In this document: in pieces, positions 1 through 6,778 of the stretch
How positions within the stretch are numbered: the first letter of the stretch is position 1
Layout: every line of letters begins with the position of its first letter
Source of the DNA: Candidatus Heimdallarchaeota archaeon
GTDB lineage: Archaea > Asgardarchaeota > Heimdallarchaeia > Heimdallarchaeales > Heimdallarchaeaceae
Length of the DNA stretch: 10,343 nt
Direction: 5' to 3'
Assembly: GCA_030668825.1 (NCBI GenBank)
Contig: DAOVET010000092.1
Location: 1 to 10,343 of the forward strand
The notes under the pieces: model-generated
Databases searched by the model: none
What the model was told of the DNA's origin: nothing
Seen by the model: the letters and a program-made list of their open reading frames with translations, nothing else
Position numbers and translations under genes: made by a program

Positions 1-200
1 TTATGATGTGTTTTTGTCATCTTGTCATATTAACAAGATAGGTTAATATCTTTCTTAGAGTTCATCATATAGAGTTATGCAACTGTTCTATACTCACTCT
101 GAGCGGATACATCACGTATCCTCCTACCCCGTTCGCTGTGCACTTAGGCAAAGCTTTCGGATCGCTTTTAACCAAGATATTGTAAGCTGCATTGACATCA
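1..200 (-). ncRNA. Putative TnpB omegaRNA (reRNA) scaffold overlapping the tnpB 3' end; limits approximate
   Basis: omegaRNAs are known to derive from the tnpB 3' end/right end. Inverted repeats seen: 105-110/116-121 (GGATAC/GTATCC), 68-92 (TATAG-AGTT..AACT..CTATA), 27-34/42-49 (ATATTAAC/GTTAATAT), 19-25/33-39, 2-8/63-69. Confidence 0.55.
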
Positions 201-1324
201 GCATTAATCAAGTGTCCTCGAGCAGATCTGAACAACCCCCGTTTAACTCTTCTCCCCATATATCTGGTTTGATATTGGGGAAACTCGTTATCGAGAAAAC
301 TACATTTAGAGGTGTACTCTTCTGGGATGAGCTCAACATTTATCCCTCGCTCTGCAGCTTTATACTTGAGCATGTTGATAATACGCATATAAGGGATGGT
401 GACAAACATTTGGGTGACTTTTTTCCAGAAATGCACCTCTTGTTTCCACTTCTTGTTGTACCCAATTATCACCTCATGAATATCTCGTTCAACCCACAAT
501 TCAACTAGATACTGGGTGAGTTTGTGGATAGCATCCTTGAGTTTCATCCTCCACTTCTCCCGAAGCTGGTAAAATGATGTTCCATACCGTAGTTTGTTCT
601 TTGTTTTCAGCTGTTGGCGTTGCTGCAGGACATATTGTTCTCTTAGTTTGGTCTGTTGTTTCAGATAATATTGTGTTAGTGATTTGATTCCTTTCCCGTG
701 ATCCTTGATAACAATCGGTTGATTTCCGAGGTTATCCACAAAGGTCACGAGATTGGTCATCCCTAAATCGATCGCTCCTTTCATTGTGGGGTTCTTCTTT
801 ACGTTTGGAATGGTCTTGAGATAGATCAGTTCTATCGTATACCCTACCCTTCGGGGGATGATGCGCACTTCCCTCAGTTTAGTAGCTGCTGTCAACCTAG
901 TTTTGTAATAATACCCTACTTTCTTGGGTAACACTAGCCATCCATTCCTTATCTTCGCTTGTTGGTTGCTGAAGATAGCCACCATCTCCCCATCTTTAGG
1001 TTTGTAACCAGGAGGACGAGGCATAGCGAAGAATAAGTCAGGATCCTTCTTCCACTCCTTTAGAGCCCGGAAATACCCTTTCCAATTCCTACAGAGGAGT
1101 TTCAAAGTTTGTTGAGCTGTATGAGCTGGGAGGAGTTTGTAGCACTCTTCTGTTTGGAGAAGGGTGTTTAGGTCATAATAGAACAGGAGCTTGTTCTGCT
1201 GGTTGAGGGAGGTTTTGCTGAGGAAATTCGCTCGATTATAGAGATTCTTTACTTGATGACAAAGCTTGCTTAACGTTGGATGATAGGAAACTTCTATACA
1301 TTCCGCTCTTACTACTTGTGTCAT
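65..1324 (-). CDS. tnpB: RNA-guided endonuclease TnpB (IS200/IS605 superfamily), rearranged-RuvC type
   Basis: N-terminal KNLYNRAN and AQQTLK..NWKGYF..PGYK motifs; RuvC-I AIDLG (D187); RuvC-II region VIIGYNKKWKQ with alternative Glu in PEEYTSKC; RuvC-III INADVNAAYNI (D377). Numbering follows the ORF track, whose start at 1327 is TTG; the ATG at 1324 is preferred. Confidence 0.95.
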   Translation of the reverse strand: MTQVVRAECIEVSYHPTLSKLCHQVKNLYNRANFLSKTSLNQQNKLLFYYDLNTLLQTEECYKLLPAHTAQQTLKLLCRNWKGYFRALKEWKKDPDLFFAMPRPPGYKPKDGEMVAIFSNQQAKIRNGWLVLPKKVGYYYKTRLTAATKLREVRIIPRRVGYTIELIYLKTIPNVKKNPTMKGAIDLGMTNLVTFVDNLGNQPIVIKDHGKGIKSLTQYYLKQQTKLREQYVLQQRQQLKTKNKLRYGTSFYQLREKWRMKLKDAIHKLTQYLVELWVERDIHEVIIGYNKKWKQEVHFWKKVTQMFVTIPYMRIINMLKYKAAERGINVELIPEEYTSKCSFLDNEFPQYQTRYMGRRVKRGLFRSARGHLINADVNAAYNILVKSDPKALPKCTANGVGGYVMYPLRVSIEQLHNSI

Positions 1325-1346
1325 CAATAATTCAGTTGTATTTTCC

Positions 1347-1353
1347 TATAAAA
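1347..1353 (-). promoter_or_regulatory. Putative archaeal TATA box (TTTTATA) for tnpB
   Basis: Lies -29..-23 from ATG 1324, the spacing expected for a leaderless transcript. Confidence 0.5.
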
Positions 1354-1430
1354 GCTCCAGTAATATCTGCTGCAGAGCATACGTTCAGAGTGATTGTTAG
1401 TTCATTTAGCAAGACTACATGACAAATATC

Positions 1431-1438
1431 TTTTATAA
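1431..1438 (+). promoter_or_regulatory. Putative TATA box (TTTTATAA)
   Basis: Lies -33..-26 from ATG 1464. Confidence 0.5.
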
Positions 1439-1463
1439 TGTTCCTTGTTTTATCTACTTCAGA

Positions 1464-2183
1464 ATGAAAAGAGACTCCTTAGTAATTGCTACTGCTTCGG
1501 TGATGATACTGGCGTTTACACTGTCTTTGCTTAACATTTATGTCTTTCCAGATATTTTCTTCAATACTAAAATAGAATACAATACTCAAAGCGATACTTT
1601 ACTTGGGCTTTTACATCAAGCAGAAAATATAGGAGTGAATTCTGATCTCTTTGAAAACATGAACACCACTTATCTTATTTATGATGCTCCTGTAAATGCT
1701 ATGGTGAACATTTCACTTATAATTTCGTCAATAGAAGCTAGAATTTCAGCTGTTTATGATTTCCCAGATTTGATGCCTAGAAGAATGACGTTGAACTATA
1801 ATGGTACAATACTTGGAGTTGCTAATAGTTCTGCACAGTATGAAGACTGGATAGAAACAGTTTTTGATAATGGTGAAGGAGGAACTTATTTCAGCTATTG
1901 GGATAATATAACGGAAGAATATATCAGTTACTCTAGACATGAAAATTTGAATGTAGCTGATTATACTATAGAGAATGCAAAAAACATTTTGGCAACAATC
2001 TTTCAAGATGAGAATAGAAGACCAGATTTCGTAATCTATCAACTTGTATCTTACACAGAAAGCAGAGGGCTTTTCAATAGGTATTCTACAGATTTTGAGA
2101 GAATCATTTTTGTTGAAGCTAGTGGTTCAATTACTTTCTTTATGTCAAATGAAGGTATATGGACAAAGCCTTTTCTCCTATAG
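1464..2183 (+). CDS. Hypothetical N-terminally membrane-anchored or secreted protein
   Basis: From ATG 1464 the protein reads MKRD + hydrophobic LVIATASVMILAFTLSLLNIYVF, then an acidic domain with five N-x-S/T sequons (NTT, NIS, NGT, NSS, NIT). The ORF-track start at 1419 would place the TATA box inside the gene. No family recognised. Confidence 0.75.
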   Translation: MKRDSLVIATASVMILAFTLSLLNIYVFPDIFFNTKIEYNTQSDTLLGLLHQAENIGVNSDLFENMNTTYLIYDAPVNAMVNISLIISSIEARISAVYDFPDLMPRRMTLNYNGTILGVANSSAQYEDWIETVFDNGEGGTYFSYWDNITEEYISYSRHENLNVADYTIENAKNILATIFQDENRRPDFVIYQLVSYTESRGLFNRYSTDFERIIFVEASGSITFFMSNEGIWTKPFLL

Positions 2184-2208
2184 AACACTTGGTTTCCTTT
2201 TACACAAC

Positions 2209-2216
2209 TTTTAAAA
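2209..2216 (+). promoter_or_regulatory. Putative TATA box (TTTTAAAA)
   Basis: Lies -31..-24 from ATG 2240. Confidence 0.45.
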
Positions 2217-2239
2217 TATAGAATCATCAAATTAAAAAT

Positions 2240-2743
2240 ATGGCACAATCAAGCGCTCCATTTGGTTTTAAAGTAACACAAAGAATACTTGCTTTAAGAG
2301 CAACTTATGATATTATCGATGTAGCTACAGGAAATAAGGTCTTTATTGCTAGAAGGCGAATGTTTACCTGGAGACCCAAAATCATTATAGAAAATATCCA
2401 AGGTCAAGAAGTAGCCAAAATAACAGCAAATTACTTCTTCCAAAATAGATGGAAAATTACTGTGGGACAAGACTTAATTGGAGAAATAGAATTTCCAATA
2501 ATAAAATTCTGTGGAATAAGATTTGATGTTATGCTTGCTGGAAATCACTATACTGCTTCTGATGTTTTTGGATGGTCTTTTGAAGCAATAGGAAGAGATG
2601 GAAGTATAGGTTTTACTTTGGATAAAAGATTTTTCAGAATTAAGGATACTTACAGAGTAGATGTATATCCACCACTGGAACCTTTATTCGGACTAGCTGC
2701 AGTTCTAGCAATTGATTCTAGATACTATCAAGGAAATCGCTAG
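2240..2743 (+). CDS. LURP-one-related / scramblase family protein (tubby C-terminal-like fold, YxjI-like)
   Basis: 167 aa; FKVTQRILALRATYDI, RRRMFTWRPKIII..QGQEVAKI, KRFFRIKDTYRVDV and C-terminal buried helix LAAVLAIDS match the LURP-one pattern. Confidence 0.8.
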   Translation: MAQSSAPFGFKVTQRILALRATYDIIDVATGNKVFIARRRMFTWRPKIIIENIQGQEVAKITANYFFQNRWKITVGQDLIGEIEFPIIKFCGIRFDVMLAGNHYTASDVFGWSFEAIGRDGSIGFTLDKRFFRIKDTYRVDVYPPLEPLFGLAAVLAIDSRYYQGNR

Positions 2744-2750
2744 ATTCCCC

Positions 2751-2762
2751 TTTTTTTCTTTT
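2751..2762 (+). terminator. Archaeal oligo-T terminator candidate
   Basis: TTTTTTTCTTTT a few nucleotides after the stop at 2743. Confidence 0.55.
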
Positions 2763-2776
2763 GAAAGATTTTTAAA
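2763..2776 (+). promoter_or_regulatory. Putative BRE + TATA box (GAAAGA-TTTTTAAA)
   Basis: TATA at -30..-23 from ATG 2799, preceded by a purine-rich BRE-like sequence. Confidence 0.6.
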
Positions 2777-2798
2777 TGCTTACTTTTTCTCATTGTTA

Positions 2799-3668
2799 AT
2801 GAAAAAGAAAAAGAAAGAATATGTTTTGCCTTTAGTTTCCCAATTTGAGAAAGAAGCTAAGCCACTTGATGTGATGATGTCAGATAATACTACAACTAGA
2901 GTTTACACAACTAAAGCTCCTGAAGACAAAAGAAACGGATATACTTTGTTTGTTATGCCAGGATGGGGGACAGTGCTTCCTGCATGGGATAAATTTCTTG
3001 TTGATGCTATGAAAGACTTTGATGTTGTCTATTTCGAATCAAGAGAAAAGAGATCAAGTGGTTTTACAAGAAAATCTGATCTCGGCATGCACAGGATGGC
3101 TATGGATATTAAGGATACAATTACTAATCTTAATCTAGATGAGTCAAAACTTGTTCTTTTTGGATCTTGTATAGGGGCAACAACTCTTGCTTATGGAATG
3201 GTTGAAGAGATGTATAATCCTTTCATGCCTGTTCTTCTTGCTCCTCCTGGAAGGTTTGAAGTTCCTCCAGTTTTTAGACAATTGATACCTATTGGTCCAA
3301 CTTTTCTCTGGCCAGTTGCTAAACCAATTATTCGTTATTGGATAAATAAATTCAAATCAGAAGATCGAGAACAAGCTGCAAAGTATATCAGAACCATGGA
3401 AGAAGCAGATCCTAGACGCTGGAAGAGACTGGGTTTAAGACTTGCGTATAAGAGATATTGGAAAACCTTTCCTAAGGTAAAAAATCATGTTCTCCTAATA
3501 GCTGCTGAAATAGATAAAATGCATGATGCTGAAGTTACAAGAAAAGTTGACAAGATGATTGAAAATTCGACATATTTAAACCTTCAAACAAACAGAAATA
3601 CTCATACAGAAGTTATGGTAGAAACAATTAGGGAATATCTATTGAAATTTGAAGGTAAAAATCATTAA
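2799..3668 (+). CDS. Alpha/beta-fold hydrolase with G-S-C-I-G nucleophile elbow
   Basis: LFVMPGWG oxyanion loop, FDVVYFESR strand, LVLFGSCIGA elbow, VLLIAAEIDKM acid motif, late His in NTHTE. The ORF-track TTG start at 2712 overlaps the upstream gene and runs through a terminator and promoter, so ATG 2799 is preferred. Confidence 0.85.
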   Translation: MKKKKKEYVLPLVSQFEKEAKPLDVMMSDNTTTRVYTTKAPEDKRNGYTLFVMPGWGTVLPAWDKFLVDAMKDFDVVYFESREKRSSGFTRKSDLGMHRMAMDIKDTITNLNLDESKLVLFGSCIGATTLAYGMVEEMYNPFMPVLLAPPGRFEVPPVFRQLIPIGPTFLWPVAKPIIRYWINKFKSEDREQAAKYIRTMEEADPRRWKRLGLRLAYKRYWKTFPKVKNHVLLIAAEIDKMHDAEVTRKVDKMIENSTYLNLQTNRNTHTEVMVETIREYLLKFEGKNH

Positions 3669-3687
3669 AAATCTTGAAATTGTTCAT

Positions 3688-3700
3688 GAAAATTTTAATA
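3688..3700 (+). promoter_or_regulatory. Putative BRE + TATA box (GAAAA-TTTTAATA)
   Basis: TATA at -30..-23 from GTG 3723. Confidence 0.6.
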
Positions 3701-3722
3701 CTACTTTCTCTATCGTCTTATT

Positions 3723-4784
3723 GTGAAAATTAAAAGCTTAGGATTAGATGGTGTTAGATCAGTTGAATGGAATGAGGAAAAAAACTGGTTAACTCTTATA
3801 GACCAGAGATTGATTCCTTTTGAGGTTAAATTCAACGATTATACTAATGTTGAAGATATTTGTGGGGCTATTCAAACAATGGTCGTTCGTGGTGCTCCTG
3901 CAATTGGGGCAACAGCAGCTTATGCTACAGCTCTTGCAATTAAAGAAATAGAAAACATACCAGTTTGTGACAAAAAAGCAAAGTTAGAAGAAAAATTAGA
4001 TCTTATTCAAGCAACTCGACCAACGGCTGTTGATTTGAAAAATTACTCCTTTCTGGTCTATCAAGCAGCCTTGGAGACAAATTTCTCCTTTGATGAAACC
4101 TTGCTAGCTGCTAAAAGGTTATCTAACCAAACACTGGAAGAATGTAGATTGATTAGGGAGAAGGGAGTAGAAATAATTGAAGATGGGAACACTATTTTAA
4201 CTCATTGTAATGCTGGACCTTTAGCAACTGTGGATTATGGAACAGCCCTAGGTCCTATTATCAATGCACATAATCAGGGGAAAAATGTCCATGTTTTCGT
4301 AGATGAAACAAGACCTAAACTACAAGGAGCAAAGATTACAGGATGGGAATTGGAACAAGAAGGAATTAGTCATCAAATTATTTCAGACTCAGCAGCTGCT
4401 TTCTTAATGTCTAAAGGAAAAATCGATAAGGTTATTTTAGGAGCTGATAGATGCTTAAAAGATGGAACAATTTCAAATAAAATTGGAACATATTCTGTAG
4501 CTATTGCAGCAAACTATCATAAAGTACCTTTTTATTCAGCTTTCCCATGGTCAACAGTAGATTTAGAATCAGAAAGCATTGAAGACTTTAAAATTGAATT
4601 CAGAGATGAGAATGAAGTAAAGTATGTCAAAAGTAAGGAAGGAGATGTTTTAGTTGCAAATCCAGGGTCAGATGCTTTGAATCCAGCTTTCGATATTACT
4701 CCTCCAGAATTGATTACAGGTTATATAACCTCTAAAGGAGTGTTGAATCAAGAAGAATTAATGAATGAAATAAATAAAAAATAG
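3723..4784 (+). CDS. mtnA: S-methyl-5-thioribose-1-phosphate isomerase (eIF-2B alpha/beta/delta family)
   Basis: LIDQRLIP, MVVRGAPAIG, ATRPTAV, ILTHCNAGPLATVDYGTA (catalytic Cys), VDETRP.LQGAKIT.WEL, GADR (catalytic Asp), NKIGTY, NPAFDITP. GTG start. Confidence 0.93.
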   Translation: MKIKSLGLDGVRSVEWNEEKNWLTLIDQRLIPFEVKFNDYTNVEDICGAIQTMVVRGAPAIGATAAYATALAIKEIENIPVCDKKAKLEEKLDLIQATRPTAVDLKNYSFLVYQAALETNFSFDETLLAAKRLSNQTLEECRLIREKGVEIIEDGNTILTHCNAGPLATVDYGTALGPIINAHNQGKNVHVFVDETRPKLQGAKITGWELEQEGISHQIISDSAAAFLMSKGKIDKVILGADRCLKDGTISNKIGTYSVAIAANYHKVPFYSAFPWSTVDLESESIEDFKIEFRDENEVKYVKSKEGDVLVANPGSDALNPAFDITPPELITGYITSKGVLNQEELMNEINKK

Positions 4785-4794
4785 AAAGAAAGAT

Positions 4795-6669
4795 TTACTT
4801 TCTTTTTCGAATTAAAGTTACAAGAGCTACAAAGCTTATGAAGCTCAGAATAGTTGTTATAATTCCTGGTGCATCAAGAGTTAGAGTGTTTGAATTACCA
4901 GGGGTTGTAGGTTCTGTTGTATCTGTTGGATCAGTTGGACTAGTAATATCTTCAGTGATTACTACATAAACAGAAGCATAGTTTGGGTTTCCAGAAAGAT
5001 CATAGACATCTAGTTCAAAGAACCAAGTACCTACATTAAATGTATCAAGATCAATAATTACATTGAAATCTTCAATAAACCAAGGAGTATTAAGAATCTC
5101 AGTACCATTTACTTTTACAACATAACTACCTGGATTCTCATCTTGAATATTCCAAACTAATTGAACATTATCTCCTTTTTTGAGGGTTATAGTACTAGTA
5201 GGTCCTGTAATCAGCGGTGGAGTTGTATCTGATACATCTGAAGCATGTATTATCAAGTCTTTATAGGTTTCATATCCCATAAGATCTATTGCATAGACTG
5301 TTACAAAATGGTCCCCTACAGTGGTGATATTTGTTTCAAGCATTAGATTGACTTCCATACCATCGAACCAACTTCCAGAGCTAACTACTAACCCATTCAG
5401 TTTAAGTTCATAATAATCAGGATTGTCATAATCATCATAGAGATTCCAATTTATAATATCGAAAGTACCTATAGTATAGTAGAAATCTCCTTCTGGACCA
5501 GTAATTCTCGGCCAATCAGGTCTTATGTCTTGAATTTCAAGTGCCCAAGTTGTATTGTGTTCAAAACTTGCATCATCATATACAACAAACTGTACTGTAT
5601 GATTGCTTGAACTTACTGGAATACTCTTTGTATCCAAATGATAGACATTATTTCCTGGTGCCAAATCATATATAGTATCTACTTTTGTTCCATCCAAAAA
5701 GACTTCAATTGTCATTGAAGGCCATGAATTATACAAATCAAAGTAAAATGGAAGTGTATCACTATCTCCTCTTATATCATATGTATATCCCATGTCCAAT
5801 AGTAATGCTGGAAGATCTGCATCTGAGACAGGATTAAAGGCAGCATTTGTTTCATAAAGTTGCCAATGATATTGATAAGCATAGGTGTGATTATAGTAAT
5901 AATCAACCCATGTTCCTAAATCTGCACTATATTTATTATCTATTAATCTGTAATAATTATCATAATACATTGTTGTGTATTCAAGTAGAAAACCAGTAGT
6001 ATTATCTACATAAAACACATCTTGCCATCCATATGGATTGTCTTCTTGGACAGTAATACCATGATAATCTAGAACGGTATTAATATTATCAGCCCAAGTG
6101 TCTATATAAACATCAACTGTGTAGGAGCTATTTTCACCATTAATTACATAATATTTGACTTCAGCATGATCATAGTAACTTGGTGAAAACCAATTTGTTG
6201 TATCTAGATTTAAAGTACCATTATAAACATCAAAGTTTTCAACCGAGAATCCACTTAATGTTACAGGCACTAGATCTACATATGAATCATTGAGCTTCCA
6301 AGCTGAATCTACATAATCATAATAAAATTCTTTTTGTGTTCTATTGTTATTACGATCATAAAGTGTCCAAGCATAATCTACATTACCAGTAGTTGTATCA
6401 ATTGAATTAACAGTATAGCTTTCCATCTCATCGTAGGTATAGTCCCAATGATCAATTACCCAATGAGACTCTGCTGCTGGTGAGACGTCAGTTTCATGAA
6501 GAAGTTGTGATTCTAAATCTTCATAAAAAGTTAAGACGTTTTTGTATAATAGTTGATCTCCAGGTGTTAAAGGTTGGTATACCGTAACAGAACTTACAGG
6601 TTGGTATCCAACTACAAACATAGAGACAACTAAAACAATTAATATAATTGTTGTTTGACCCCTTTTCAA
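4795..6669 (-). CDS. Cell-surface glycoprotein: signal peptide, Tyr/Asp-rich domain, about three Ig-like modules, Thr/Pro linker, C-terminal LDAPG-TM-basic anchor
   Basis: MKRG + hydrophobic signal; Ig-like repeats (P.ITGP..W.L.D..PD.YE..LNG..W..VGD..YAIDLMG; DTTPP.ITGP..WNIQDENP..NGT..VGTW..DLSGN); about ten N-x-S/T sequons; ends ..VTLIRKRK. TTG start. Confidence 0.85.
   Translation of the reverse strand: MKRGQTTIILIVLVVSMFVVGYQPVSSVTVYQPLTPGDQLLYKNVLTFYEDLESQLLHETDVSPAAESHWVIDHWDYTYDEMESYTVNSIDTTTGNVDYAWTLYDRNNNRTQKEFYYDYVDSAWKLNDSYVDLVPVTLSGFSVENFDVYNGTLNLDTTNWFSPSYYDHAEVKYYVINGENSSYTVDVYIDTWADNINTVLDYHGITVQEDNPYGWQDVFYVDNTTGFLLEYTTMYYDNYYRLIDNKYSADLGTWVDYYYNHTYAYQYHWQLYETNAAFNPVSDADLPALLLDMGYTYDIRGDSDTLPFYFDLYNSWPSMTIEVFLDGTKVDTIYDLAPGNNVYHLDTKSIPVSSSNHTVQFVVYDDASFEHNTTWALEIQDIRPDWPRITGPEGDFYYTIGTFDIINWNLYDDYDNPDYYELKLNGLVVSSGSWFDGMEVNLMLETNITTVGDHFVTVYAIDLMGYETYKDLIIHASDVSDTTPPLITGPTSTITLKKGDNVQLVWNIQDENPGSYVVKVNGTEILNTPWFIEDFNVIIDLDTFNVGTWFFELDVYDLSGNPNYASVYVVITEDITSPTDPTDTTEPTTPGNSNTLTLDAPGIITTILSFISFVALVTLIRKRK
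4913..4939. repeat. Three imperfect 9-bp tandem repeats encoding the Thr/Pro linker
   Basis: tctgttgta-tctgttgga-tcagttgga on the plus strand encodes the PTDPTDTTE part of the linker on the minus strand. Confidence 0.6.
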
Positions 6670-6706
6670 GGTTAATCCCCTAATATATATTGAAGCAATT
6701 TTCTCC

Positions 6707-6713
6707 TTTTAAA
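6707..6713 (-). promoter_or_regulatory. Putative TATA box (TTTAAAA) for 4795..6669
   Basis: Starts at -44 from TTG 6669, the same offset as in the paralog. Confidence 0.4.
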
Positions 6714-6753
6714 TGAAGTGGTAGAGTAATCAGCCATTAGCTTTGAAATATAG

Positions 6754-6777
6754 AAATAAATAAAAAAAGAAAGGGAA
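6754..6777 (-). terminator. Oligo-T terminator candidate
   Basis: Pyrimidine/T-rich tract on the minus strand immediately after the stop at 6779. Confidence 0.55.
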
Positions 6778-6778
6778 T

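Larger units (their letters stand above)
1..1380 (-). mobile_element. IS1341-like (tnpB-only) IS200/IS605-family element; boundaries approximate, right end may lie beyond the window
   Basis: tnpB with no adjacent tnpA; GC visibly higher than the flanks (hand counts: 29/60 at 121-180 and 33/60 at 841-900 versus 18/60 at 1561-1620 and 14/60 at 5941-6000); hairpins near both ends. Confidence 0.6.

Noticed and set aside
77-508. 143-aa plus-strand ORF
   Set aside because: Antisense shadow entirely within tnpB; no recognisable motifs.
1-1327. Cas12f/CRISPR system or catalytically dead TldR
   Set aside because: No repeat-spacer array or cas genes in the window, and the missing canonical Glu is explained by alternative E336.
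13-1433. Possible TIR (TTTGTCAT 13-20 / ATGACAAA 1419-1426) and direct repeat AATATCTTT (45-53 / 1425-1433) flanking tnpB
   Set aside because: Short AT-rich matches expected by chance (ATGACAAA also occurs at 1256), and IS200/IS605 elements lack TIRs and TSDs.
1746-2248. Minus-strand ORFs of 98 aa and 65 aa
   Set aside because: Antisense to the 1464..2183 gene, with composition typical of shadow frames.
3723-4784. eIF-2B subunit or ribose-1,5-bisphosphate isomerase
   Set aside because: The N-terminal DQR..P, MVVRGAPAIG and HCNAG.LAT..YGTA motifs are MtnA-type.
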